Positions 26,206 to 40,100 of a stretch of DNA of 64,000 nt are shown here, piece by piece. Under the pieces are notes generated by a model. That model saw only the letters and a program-made list of their open reading frames with translations. It was not told the DNA's origin and did no database searches. Within the stretch, counting starts at the first letter, position 1. Every line of letters begins with the position of its first letter. The translations under genes and the position numbers were made by a program. The stretch spans positions 259,842,001 through 259,906,000 of the forward strand of contig OZ024741.1 of the NCBI GenBank assembly GCA_964016885.1, given 5' to 3'. This stretch comes from Eledone cirrhosa. Taxonomy: Eukaryota.

Positions 26206-28443
26206 CGTAAGTCGAAACACTCGTAAGTCAGAACACTCGTAAGTCAGAACACTCTTAAGTCAGAACACTCGTATCGAAACACTCGTATGTCAAAACACCC
26301 GTAAGTCAAAACACTCGTAAGTCGAAACACTCGTAAGTCGAAACACTCGTAAGCCGAAACACTCGTAAGCCGAAACACTCGTAAGCCGAAACACTCGTAA
26401 GTCGGAACACTCGTAAGTCAGAACACTCATAAGTCAGAACACTCGTAAGTCAGAACACTCGTAAGTCGAAACACTCGTAAGCCGAAACACCGTAAGTCGA
26501 AACACCCGTATGTCGAAACACTCGTAAGCCGAAACACTCTTAAGTCGAAACACTCATAAGCCGAAACACTCGTAAGTCGGAACACTCGTAAATCAGAACA
26601 CCCGCAAGTCAGAACACTCGTAAATCAGAACACTCTTAAGTCGAAACTTACGTACGCCGAAACAATCGTAAGTCGAAACACTCGTAAGTCGAAACATCCT
26701 TAAGTCGAAACACTCGTACACCGAAACACTCGTAAGTATAAACATTAGTAAGTCGAAACACTCGTATGTCGAAACACTCGTAAACCGAAACACTCGTAAG
26801 TCGGAACACTCGTAAGTCAGAACACTCGTAAGTCAGAACACTCGTAAGTCGAAACACTCATAAGTCGAAACACCCGTAAGTCGAAACACTCGTATGTCGA
26901 ATAACTCGTAAGCCGAAACACCGTAAGTCAAAACACTCGTAAGTCGAAACACTCGTAAGTCGAAACACCCATAAGCCGAAACACTCGTAAGCCAAAACAT
27001 TCGTAAGTCGAAACACTCGTAAACCGAAACACTCGTAAGCCAAAACATTCGTATGTCGAAACACTCGTAAGTCGAAACACCCATAGCCGAAACACTTGTA
27101 AGTCTGAACACACGTAAGTCAGAACACCCGTAAGTCAGAACACTCGTAAGTCAGAACACTCGTAAGTCAGAACACTCGTAAGTCAGAACACTCGTAAGTC
27201 AGAGCACTCGTATCGAAACACTCGTATGTCAAAACACCCGTAAGTCAAAACACTCGTAAGTCGAAACACTCGTAAGCCGAAACACCGTAAGCCAAAACAC
27301 TCGTAAGTCGAAACACCCCTAAGTCGGAACACTCGTAAGTCGAAACACTCGTAAGTCGAAACACTCGTAAGCCGAAACACTCGTAAGCCGAAACACTCGT
27401 AAGTCGGAACACTCGTAAGTCGGAACACTCGTAAGTCAGAACACTCGTAAGTCAGAACACTCGTAAGTCAGAACACTCGTAAGTCAGAACACTCGTAAGT
27501 CGAAACACTCGTATCGAAACACTCGTATGTCAAAACACCCGTAAGTCAAAACACTCGTAAGTCGAAACACTCGTAAGTCGAAACATTCGTAAGTCGAAAC
27601 ATCCGTAAATCAGAACACTCTTAAGTCGAAACACTCGTAAGTCGAAACACTCGTAAGCCGAAACACTCGTAAGTCGAAGCACTCGTATCGAAACACTCGT
27701 AAGTCGAAACACCCTTAAGTCAAAACACTCGTAAGCCAAAACACTCGTAAGTCGAAACACTCGTAAGTCGGAACACTCGTAAGTCAGAACACTCGTAAGT
27801 CAGAACACTCGTAAGTGGAAACACGCGTAAGTCGAAACACTCATAAGTCGAAACACTCGTAAGTCGAAACACCCGTAAGTCGAAACACCCGTAAGTCGAA
27901 ACACTCGTATGTCGAATAACTCGTAAGCCGAAACACCGTAAGTCAAAACACTCGTAAGTCGAAACACTCGTAAGTCGAAACACCCATAAGCCGAAACACT
28001 CGTAAGCCAAAACATTCGTAAGTCGAAACACCCGTAGTCGAAACACTCGCAAGTCGAAACACTCGTAAGTGGAAACACGCGTAAGTCGAAAGACCCGTAA
28101 GTCAAAAATCTCGTAAGTCAAAACACTCGTAAGCCGAAACACTCGTAAGTCGAAACACTCGTAAGTCGAAACACCCGTAAGTCAGAACACTCGTAAGTCA
28201 GAACACTCGTAAGTCGAAACACTCGTAAGCCGAAACATCCGTAAGTCAAAACATCCGTAAGTCAAAACATTCGTAAGTCGAAACACCCGTAGTCGAAACA
28301 CTCGCAAGTCGAAACACTCGTAAGTCGAAACACGCGTAAGTCGAAACACATGTAAGTCAAAACACTCGTAAGTCAAAACACTCGTAAGCCGAAACACTCG
28401 TAAGTCGAAACACTCGTAAGTCGAAACACTCGTAAAGCGAAAC

Positions 28444-28513
28444 GTATAAATAAATATTAATGTAATGAATTTGAAAAGCATAGAGATTTGAAACCGCGTC
28501 TATTTGTTATTTT
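28444..28513 (+). repeat. 70-bp AT-rich element, subfamily A
   Basis: Direct match, AATATT allele. Confidence 0.97.
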
Positions 28514-29320
28514 CGTAAGTCGAAACACTCGTAAGCCGAAACACTCGTGAGCCGAAACACTCGTAAGTCGGAACACTCGTAAGTCAGAACACTCGTAAGT
28601 CAGAACACTCGTAAGTTAGAACACTCGTAAGTCAGAACACTCGTAAGTCAGAACACTCGTAAGTCGAAACACTCGTATCGAAACACTCGTATGTCAAAAC
28701 ACCCGTAAGTCAAAACACTCGTAAGTCGAAACACTCGTAAGTCGAAACACTCGTAAGCCGAAACACTCGTAAGCCGAAACACTCGTAAGTCGGAACACTC
28801 GTAAGTCGGAACACTCGTAAGTCAGAACACTCGTAAGTCAGAACACTCGTAAGTCAGAACACTCGTAAGTCAGAACACTCGTAAGTCGAAACACTCGTAT
28901 CGAAGCACTCGTATGTCAAAACACCCGTAAGTCAAAACACTCGTAAGTCGAAACACTCGTAAGTCGAAACACTCGTATGTCGAAACATCCGTAAATCAGA
29001 ACACTCGTAAGTCGAAACACTCGTAAGTCGAAACACTCGTAAGCCGAAACACTCGTAAGTCGAAGCACTCGTATCGAAACACTCGTAAGTCGAAACACCC
29101 TTAAGTCAAAACACTCGTAAGCCAAAACACTCGTAAGTCGAAACACTCGTAAGTCGGAACACTCGTAAGTCAGAACACTCGTAAGTCAGAACACTCGTAA
29201 GTGGAAACACGCGTAAGTCGAAAGACCCGTAAGTCAAAAATCTCGTAAGTCAAAACACTCGTAAGCCGAAACACTCGTAAGTCGAAACACTCGTAAGTCG
29301 AAACATTCGTAAAGCGAAAC

Positions 29321-29390
29321 GTATAAATAAAGATTAATGTAATGAACTTGAAAAGCATAGATATTTGAAACCGCGTCTATTTGCTATTTT
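29321..29390 (+). repeat. 70-bp AT-rich element, subfamily B
   Basis: GAACTTG...GATATTTG allele with private TTGCTATTTT. Confidence 0.96.
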
Positions 29391-30356
29391 CGTAAGTCGA
29401 AACACTCGTAAGTCAGAACACTCGTAAGTCAGAACACTCTTAAGTCAGAACACTCGTATCGAAACACGTATGTCAAAACACCCGTAAGTCAAAACACTCG
29501 TAAGTCGAAACACTCGTAAGTCGAAACACTCGTAAGCCGAAACAATCGTAAGTCAAAACACTCGTATGTCGAAACACTCGTAAGCCGAAACACTCGTAAG
29601 TCGGAACACTCGCAAGTCAGAACACTCGTAAGTCAGAACACTCGTAAGTCAGAACACTCGTAAGTCGAAACATTCGTAAGTCGAAACACCCGTAAGTCGA
29701 AACGCCCGTAAGTCAAAACACTCGTATGTCGAAACACTCGCAAGCCGAAAAACCGTAAGTCAAAACACTCGTAAGTCGAAACACTCGTAAATCGAAACAC
29801 TCGTAAGCCGAAACACTCGTAAGCGAAAAAATTCGTTAGTCGAAACACTCGTAACCTGAAACACTCGTAAGTCGAAACACTCGAAAGCCGAAACACTCGT
29901 AAGTCGAAACACTCATAAGCCGAAACACTCGTAAGTCGGAACACTCGTAAGTCAGAACACCCGTAAATCAGAACACTCGTAGTCAGAACACTCGTAAGTC
30001 GAAACACTCGTAAGCCGAAACACTCGCAAGTCGAAGCACTCGTAATCCGAAACACTCTTAAGTCGAAACACTCGTAAGTCGGAACACTCGTAAGTCAGAA
30101 CACTCGTAAGTCAGAACACTCGTAAGTCGAAACACTCGTAAGCCGAAACATCCGTAAGTCAAAACATCCGTAAGTCAAAACATTCGTAAGTCGAAACACC
30201 CGTAGTCGAAACACTCGCAAGTCGAAACACTCGTAAGTCGAAACACGCGTAAGTCGAAACACATGTAAGTCAAAACACTCGTAAGTCAAAACACTCGTAA
30301 GCCGAAACACTCGTAAGTCGAAACACTCGTAAGTCGAAACACTCGTAAAGCGAAAC

Positions 30357-30426
30357 GTATAAATAAATATTAATGTAATGAATTTGAAAAGCATAGAGAT
30401 TTGAAACCGCGTCTATTTGTTATTTT
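30357..30426 (+). repeat. 70-bp AT-rich element, subfamily A
   Basis: Direct match, AATATT allele. Confidence 0.97.
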
Positions 30427-31199
30427 CGTAAGTCGAAACACTCGTAAGCCGAAACACTCGTGAGCCGAAACACTCGTAAGTCGGAACACTCGTAAGTCAG
30501 AACACTCGTAAGTCAGAACACTCGTAAGTTAGAACACTCGTAAGTCAGAACACTCGTAAGTCAGAACACTCGTAAGTCGAAACACTCGTATCGAAACACT
30601 CGTATGTCAAAACACCCGTAAGTCAAAACACTCGTAAGTCGAAACACTCGTAAGTCGAAACACTCGTAAGCCGAAACACTCGTAAGCCGAAACACTCGTA
30701 AGTCGGAACACTCGTAAGTCAGAACACTCATAAGTCAGAACACTCGTAAGTCAGAACACTCGTAAGTCGAAACACTCGTAAGCCGAAACACCGTAAGTCG
30801 AAACACCCGTATGTCGAAACACTCGTAAGCCGAAACACTCTTAAGTCGAAACACTCATAAGCCGAAACACTCGTAAGTCGGAACACTCGTAAATCAGAAC
30901 ACCCGCAAGTCAGAACACTCGTAAATCAGAACACTCTTAAGTCGAAACTTACGTACGCCGAAACAATCGTAAGTCGAAACACTCGTAAGTCGAAACATCC
31001 TTAAGTCGAAACACTCGTACACCGATACACTCGTAAGTATAAACATTAGTAAGTCGAAACACTCGTATGTCGAAACACTCGTAAACCGAAACACTCGTAA
31101 GTCGGAACACTCGTAAGTCAGAACACTCGTAAGTCAGAACACTCGTAAGTCGAAACACTCATAAGTCGAAACACCCGTAAGTCGAAACACTCGTATGTC

Positions 31200-34100
31200 G
31201 AATAACTCGTAAGCCGAAACACCGTAAGTCAAAACACTCGTAAGTAGAAACACTCGTAAGTCGAAACACCCATAAGCCGAAACACTCGTAAGCCAAAACA
31301 TTCGTAAGTCGAAACACTCGTAAACCGAAACACTCGTAAGCCAAAACATTCGTATGTCGAAACACTCGTAAGTCGAAACACCCATAGCCGAAACACTTGT
31401 AAGTCTGAACACACGTAAGTCAGAACACCCGTAAGTCAGAACACTCGTAAGTCAGAACACTCGTAAGTCAGAACACTCGTAAGTCAGAACACTCGTAAGT
31501 CAGAGCACTCGTATCGAAACACTCGTATGTCAAAACACCCGTAAGTCAAAACACTCGTAAGTCGAAACACTCGTAAGCCGAAACACCGTAAGCCAAAACA
31601 CTCGTAAGTCGAAACACCCCTAAGTCGGAACACTCGTAAGTCGAAACACTCGTAAGTCGAAACACTCGTAAGCCGAAACACTCGTAAGCCGAAACACTCG
31701 TAAGTCGGAACACTCGTAAGTCGGAACACTCGTAAGTCAGAACACTCGTAAGTCAGAACACTCGTAAGTCAGAACACTCGTAAGTCAGAACACTCGTAAG
31801 TCGAAACACTCGTATCGAAACACTCGTATGTCAAAACACCCGTCAGTCAAAACACTCGTAAGTCGAAACACTCGTAAGTCGAAACATTCGTAAGTCGAAA
31901 CATCCGTAAATCAGAACACTCTTAAGTCGAAACACTCGTAAGTCGAAACACTCGTAAGCCGAAACACTCGTAAGTCGAAGCACTCGTATCGAAACACTCG
32001 TAAGTCGAAACACCCTTAAGTCAAAACACTCGTAAGCCAAAACACTCGTAAGTCGAAACACTCGTAAGTCGGAACACTCGTAAGTCAGAACACTCGTAAG
32101 TCAGAACACTCGTAAGTGGAAACACGCGTAAGTCGAAACACTCATAAGTCGAAACACTCGTAAGTCGAAACACCCGTAAGTCGAAACACCCGTAAGTCGA
32201 AACACTCGTATGTCGAATAACTCGTAAGCCGAAACACCGTAAGTCAAAACACTCGTAAGTCGAAACACTCGTAAGTCGAAACACCCATAAGCCGAAACAC
32301 TCGTAAGCCAAAACATTCGTAAGTCGAAACACTCGTAAACCGAAACACTCGTAAGCCAAAACATTCGTAAGTCGAAACACTCGTAAGTCGAAACACCCAT
32401 AGCCGAAACACTCGTAAGTCTGAACACACGTAAGTCAGAACAGCCGTAAGTCAGAACACTCGTAAGTCAGAACACTCGTAAGTCAGAACACTCGTAAGTC
32501 AGAGCACTCGTATCGAAACACTCGTATGTCAAAACACCCGTAAGTCAAAACACTCGTAAGTCGAAACACTCGTAAGTCGAAACACTCGTATGTCGAAACA
32601 TCCGTAAATCAGAACACTCGTAAGTCGAAACACTCGTAAGTCGAAACACTCGTAAGCCGAAACACTCGTAAGTCGAAGCACTCGTATCGAAACACTCGTA
32701 AGTCGAAACACCCTTAAGTCAAAACACTCGTAAGCCAAAACACTCGTAAGTCGAAACACTCGTAAGTCGGAACACTCGTAAGTCAGAACACTCGTAAGTC
32801 AGAACACTCGTAAGTGGAAACACGCGTAAGTCGAAAGACCCGTAAGTCAAAAATCTCGTAAGTCAAAACACTCGTAAGCCGAAACACTCGTAAGTCGAAA
32901 CACTCGTAAGTCGAAACACCCGTAAGTCGGAACACTCGTAAGTCAGAATACTCGTAAGTCAAAACACTCGTAAACCGGAACACCCGTAAGGCAAAACATT
33001 CGCATGTCAAAACACTCGTAAGTCGAAACACTCGTAAGCCGAAACACTCGTAAGTCGAAACACTCGTAAGTCGAAACACTCGTAAGTCGAAACACTCGTA
33101 AGTCAGTGCACCCGTAAGTCAGAACACTCGTAGTCAGAATACTCGTAAGTCGAAACACTCGTATGTCGAAACACCCGTAAGTCGAAACATCCGTAAGTCA
33201 AAACACTCGTATGTCGAAACACTCGTAAGCCGAAACACTCATAAGTCGAAACACTCGTAAGCCGAAACACCCGTAAGTCAAAACATTCGTAAGTCAAAAC
33301 ACTCGTAAGTCGAAACACCCGTAAGTCAAAACACTCGTATGTCGAAACACTCGTAAGCCGAAACAACGTAAGTAAAAACACTCGTAAGTCGAAACACCCA
33401 TAAGTCGAAACACTCGTAAGCCGAAACACTCGTAAGTCGAAACACTCATAAGCCGAAACACTCGTAAGTCGGAACACTCGTAAATCAGAACACCCGCAAG
33501 TCAGAACACTCGTAAATCAGAACACTCTTAAGTCGAAACTCACGTACGCTGAAACACTCGTAAGTCGAAACACTCGTAAGTCGAAACATCCTTAAGTCGA
33601 AACACTCGTACACCGAAACACTCGTAAGTATAAACATTAGTAAGTCGAAACACTCGTAAGCCGAAACACTCGTAAGTCGAAACACCCGTAAATCGAAACA
33701 CCCGTAAGTCAAAACACTCGTATGTCGAAACACTCGTAAACCGAAACACTCGTAAGTCGGAACACTCGTAAGTCAGAACACTCGTAAGTCAGAACACTCG
33801 TAAGTCGAAACACTCATAAGTCGAAACACTCGTAAGTCGAAACACCCGTAAGTCGAAACCCCCGTAAGTCGAAACACTCGTATGTCGAATAACTCGTAAG
33901 CTGAAACACCGTAAGTCAAAACACTCGTAAGTCAAAACACTCGTAAGTCGAAACACCCATAAGCCGAAACACTCGTAAGCCAAAACATTCGTAAGTCGAA
34001 ACACTCGTAAACCGAAACACTCGTAAGCCAAAACATTCGTAAGTCGAAACACTCGTACGTCGAAACACCCATAGCCGAAACACTCGTAAGTCGGAACACA

Positions 34101-37100
34101 CGTAAGTCAGAACACCCGTAAGTCAGAACACTCGTAAGTCAGAACACTCGTAAGTCAGAGCACTCGTATCGAAACACTCGTATGTCAAAACACCCGTAAG
34201 TCAAAACACTCGTAAGTCGAAACACTCGTAAGCCGAAACACCGTAAGCCAAAACACTCGTAAGTCGAAACACCCGTAAGTCGGAACACTCGTAAGTCGAA
34301 ACACTCGTAAGTCGAAACACTCGTAAGCCGAAACACTCGTAAGCCGAAACACTCGTAAGTCGGAACACTCGTAAGTCGGAACACTCGTAAGTCAGAACAC
34401 TCGTAAGTCAGAACACTCGTAAGTCAGAACACTCGTAAGTCAGAATACTCGTAAGTCGAAACACCCGTAAGTCGAAACACCCGTAAGTCGAAACACTCGT
34501 ATGTCGAATAACTCGTAAGCCGAAACACCGTAAGTCAAAACACTCGTAAGTCGAAACACTCGTAAGTCGAAACACCCATAAGCCGAAACACTCGTAAGCC
34601 AAAACATTCGTAAGTCGAAACACTCGTAAACCGAAACACTCGTAAGCCAAAACATTCGTAAGTCGAAACACTCGTAAGTCGAAACACCCATAGCCGAAAC
34701 ACTTGTAAGTCTGAACACACGTAAGTCAGAACACCCGTAAGTCAGAACACTCGTAAGTCAGAACACTCGTAAGTCAGAACACTCGTAAGTCAGAGCACTC
34801 GTATCGAAACACTCGTATGTCAAAACACCCGTAAGTCAAAACACTCGTAAGTCGAAACACTCGTAAGCCGAAACACCGTAAGCCAAAACACTCGTAAGTC
34901 GAAACACCCGTAAGTCGGAACACTCGTAAGTCGAAACACTCGTAAGTCGAAACACTCGTAAGCCGAAACACTCGTAAGCCGAAACACTCGTAAGTCGGAA
35001 CACTCGTAAGTCGGAACACTCGTAAGTCAGAACACTCGTAAGTCAGAACACTCGTAAGTCAGAACACTCGTAAGTCAGAACACTCGTAAGTCGAAACACT
35101 CGTATCGAAACACTCGTATGTCAAAACACCAGTAAGTCGAAACACTCGTATCGAAACACTCGTATGTCAAAACACCAGTAAGTCAAAACACTCGTAAGTC
35201 GAAACACTCGTAAGCCGAAACACCGTAAGTCGAAACACCCGTATGTCGAAACACTCGTAAGCCGAAACACTCGTAAGTCGAAACACTCGTAGTCGAAACA
35301 CTCGTAAGTCGAAACACCCGTAAGTCGAAACACTCGTAAGTCGAAACACTCGTAAGCCGAAACACTCGTAAGTCGAAACACTCGTAAGTCAGAACACTCG
35401 TAGTCAGAACACTCGTAAGTCAAACCACTCGTAAGCCGAAACACTCGTAAGTCGAAACACTCGTAAGTCGAAACACTCGTAAGTCGAAAAACTCGTAAGC
35501 CGGAACACTCGTAAGTCAGAACACTCGTAAGTCAGAACACTCGTAAGTCGAAACACTCGTAAGCCGAAACACCCGTAAGTCGAAACATTCGTAAGTCGAA
35601 ACACCCGTAAGTCGAAACACTCGTAAGTCGAAACACTCGTAAGTCGAAACACCGTAAGTCAAAACACTCGTATGTCGAAACATCCGTAAATCAGAACACT
35701 CCTAAGTCAAAACACTCGTAAGTCGAAACACTCGTAAGTCAAAAATACTCGTAAGTCGAAACACCCTTAAGTAAAAACACTCGTAAGTCGCAACACTCGT
35801 AAGCCGAAACACCCGTCAGTTAAAACACCCGTAAGTCGAAACACTCGTAAGTCAAAACTCTCGTACGCCGAAACACTCGTAAGTAAAAACATTAGTAAGT
35901 CGAAACACTCGTAAGCCGAAACACTCATAAGTCGAAACACTCGTAAGCCGAAACACCCGTAAGTCAAAACATTCGTAAGTCAAAACACTCGTAAGTCGAA
36001 ACACCCGTAAGTCGAAACACTCGTATGTCGAAACACTCGTAAGCCGAAACACCGTAAGTAAAAACACTCGTAAGTCGAAACACCCACAAGTCGAAACACT
36101 CGTAAGCCGAAACACTCGTAAGTCGAAACACTCATAAGCCGAAACACTCGTAAGTCGGAACACTCGTAAATCAGAACACCCGCAAGTCAGAACACTCGTA
36201 TCGAAACACTCGTATGTCAAAACACCCGTAAGTCAAAACACTCGTAAGTCGAAACACTCGTAAGCCGAAACACCGTAAGTAAAAAAACTCGTAAGTCGAA
36301 ATACTCGTAAGTCGAAACACTCGTAAGCCGAAACAATCGTAATTCAAAACACTCGTAAGTCGAAACACTCGTAAGCCGAAACAATCGTAAGTCGAAACAC
36401 TCGTAAGCCGAAAATACTCGTAAGTCGGAACACCCGTAAGCCGAAACACTCGTATGTCGAAACACTCGTAAGCCGAAACAACATAAGTAAAAACACTCGT
36501 AAGTCGAAACACCCATAAGTCGAAACACTCGTAAGCCGAAACACTCGTAAGTCGAAACACTCATAAGCCGAAACACTCGTAAGTCGGAACACTCGTAAAT
36601 CAGAACACCCGCAAGTCAGAACACTCGTAAATCAGAACACTCTTAAGTCGAAACTCACGTACGCCGAAACACTCGTAAGTCGAAACACTCGTAAGTCGAA
36701 ACATCCTTAAGTCGAAACACTCGTACACCGAAACACTCGTAAGTATAAACATTAGTAAGTCGAAACACTCGTATGTCGAAACACTCGTAAACCGAAACAC
36801 TCGTAAGTCGGAACACTCGTAAGTCAGAACACTCGTAAGTCAGAACACTCGTAATTCGAAACACTCATAAGTCGAAACACTCGTAAGTCGAAACACCCGT
36901 AAGTCGAAACACCCGTAAGTCGAAACACTCGTATGTCGAATAACTCGTAAGCCGAAACACTGTAAGTCAAAACACTCGTAAGTCGAAACACTCGTAAGTC
37001 GAAACACCCATAAGCCGAAACATTCGTAAGCCAAAACATTCGTAAGTCGAAACACTCGTAAACCGAAACACTCGTAAGCCAAAACATTCGTAAGTCGAAA

Positions 37101-40100
37101 CACTCGTAAGTCGAAACACCCATAGCCGAAACACTTGTAAGTCTGAACACACGTAAGTCAGAACACCCGTAAGTCAGAACACTCGTAAGTCAGAACACTC
37201 GTAAGTCAGAACACTCGTAAGTCAGAGCACTCGTATCGAAACACTCGTATGTCAAAACACCCGTAAGTCAAAACACTCGTAAGTCGAAACACTCGTAAGC
37301 CGAAACACCGTAAGCCAAAACACTCGTAAGTCGAAACATCCGTAAGTCGGAACACTCGTAAGTCGAAACACTCGTAAGTCGAAACACTCGTAAGCCGAAA
37401 CACTCGTAAGCCGAAACACTCGTAAGTCGGAACACTCGTAAGTCGGAACACTCGTAAGTCAGAACACTCGTAAGTCAGAACACTCGTAAGTCAGAACACT
37501 CGTAAGTCAGAACACTCGTAAGTCGAAACACTCGTATCGAAACACTCGTATGTCAAAACACCCGTAAGTCAAAACACTCGTAAGTCGAAACACTCGTAAG
37601 TCGAAACATTCGTATGTCGAAACATCCGTAAATCAGAACACTCGTAAGTCGAAACACTCGTAAGTCGAAACACTCGTAAGCCGAAACACTCGTAAGTCGA
37701 AGCACTCGTATCGAAACACTCGTAAGTCGAAACACCCTTAAGTCAAAACACTCGTAAGCCAAAACACTCGTAAGTCGAAACACTCGTAAGTCGGAACACT
37801 CGTAAGTCAGAACACTCGTAAGTCAGAACACTCGTAAGTGGAAACACGCGTAAGTCGAAACACTCATAAGTCGAAACACTCGTAAGTCGAAACACCCGTA
37901 AGTCGAAACACCCGTAAGTCGAAACACTCGTATGTCGAATAACTCGTAAGCCGAAACACCGTAAGTCAAAACACTCGTAAGTCGAAACACTCGTAAGTCG
38001 AAACACCCATAAGCCGAAACACTCGTAAGCCAAAACATTCGTAAGTCGAAACACTCGTAAACCGAAACACTCGTAAGCCAAAACATTCGTAAGTCGAAAC
38101 ACTCGTAAGTCGAAACACCCATAGCCGAAACACTCGTAAGTCTGAACACACGTAAGTCAGAACAGCCGTAAGTCAGAACACTCGTAAGTCAGAACACTCT
38201 TAAGTCAGAACACTCGTAAGTCAGAGCACTCGTATCGAAACACTCGTATGTCAAAACACCCGTAAGTCAAAACACTCGTAAGTCGAAACACTCGTAAGTC
38301 GAAACACTCGTATGTCGAAACATCCGTAAATCAGAACACTCGTAAGTCGAAACACTCGTAAGTCGAAACACTCGTAAGCCGAAACACTCGTAAGTCGAAG
38401 CACTCGTATCGAAACACTCGTAAGTCGAAACACCCTTAAGTCAAAACACTCGTAAGCCAAAACACTCGTAAGTCGAAACACTCGTAAGTCGGAACACTCG
38501 TAAGTCAGAACACTCGTAAGTCAGAACACTCGTAAGTGGAAACACGCGTAAGTCGAAAGACCCGTAAGTCAAAAATCTCGTAAGTCAAAACACTCGTAAG
38601 CCGAAACACTCGTAAGTCGAAACACTCGTAAGTCGAAACACCCGTAAGTCGGAACACTCGTAAGTCAGAATACTCGTAAGTCAAAACACTCGTAAACCGG
38701 AACACCCGTAAGGCAAAACATTCGCATGTCAAAACACTCGTAAGTCGAAACACTCGTAAGCCGAAACACTCGTAAGTCGAAACACTCGTAAGTCGAAACA
38801 CTCGTAAGTCGAAACACTCGTAAGTCAGTGCACCCGTAAGTCAGAACACTCGTAGTCAGAATACTCGTAAGTCGAAACACTCGTATGTCGAAACACCCGT
38901 AAGTCGAAACATCCGTCAGTCAAAACACTCGTATGTCGAAACACTCGTAAGCCGAAACACTCATAAGTCGAAACACTCGTAAGCCGAAACACCCGTAAGT
39001 CAAAACATTCGTAAGTCAAAACACTCGTAAGTCGAAACACCCGTAAGTCAAAACACTCGTATGTCGAAACACTCGTAAGCCGAAACAACGTAAGTAAAAA
39101 CACTCGTAAGTCGAAACACCCATAAGTCGAAACACTCGTAAGCCGAAACACTCGTAAGTCGAAACACTCATAAGCCGAAACACTCGTAAGTCGGAACACT
39201 CGTAAATCAGAACACCCGCAAGTCAGAACACTCGTAAATCAGAACACTCTTAAGTCGAAACTCACGTACGCTGAAACACTCGTAAGTCGAAACACTCGTA
39301 AGTCGAAACATCCTTAAGTCGAAACACTCGTACACCGAAACACTCGTAAGTATAAACATTAGTAAGTCGAAACACTCGTAAGCCGAAACACTCGTAAGTC
39401 GAAACACCCGTAAATCGAAACACCCGTAAGTCAAAATACTCGTATGTCGAAACACTCGTAAACCGAAACACTCGTAAGTCGGAACACTCGTAAGTCAGAA
39501 CACTCGTAAGTCAGAACACTCGTAAGTCGAAACACTCATAAGTCGAAACACTCGTAAGTCGAAACACCCGTAAGTCGAAACCCCCGTAAGTCGAAACACT
39601 CGTATGTCGAATAACTCGTAAGCCGAAACACCGTAAGTCAAAACACTCGTAAGTCAAAACACTCGTAAGTCGAAACACCCATAAGCCGAAACACTCGTAA
39701 GCCAAAACATTCGTAAGTCGAAACACTCGTAAACCGAAACACTCGTAAGCCAAAACATTCGTAAGTCGAAACACTCGTAAGTCGAAACACCCATAGCCGA
39801 AACACTCGTAAGTCGGAACACACGTAAGTCAGAACACCCGTAAGTCAGAACACTCGTAAGTCAGAACACTCGTAAGTCAGAGCACTCGTATCGAAACACT
39901 CGTATGTCAAAACACCCGTAAGTCAAAACACTCGTAAGTCGAAACACTCGTAAGCCGAAACACCGTAAGCCAAAACACTCGTAAGTCGAAACACCCGTAA
40001 GTCGGAACACTCGTAAGTCGAAACACTCGTAAGTCGAAACACTCGTAAGCCGAAACACTCGTAAGCCGAAACACTCGTAAGTCGGAACACTCGTAAGTCG

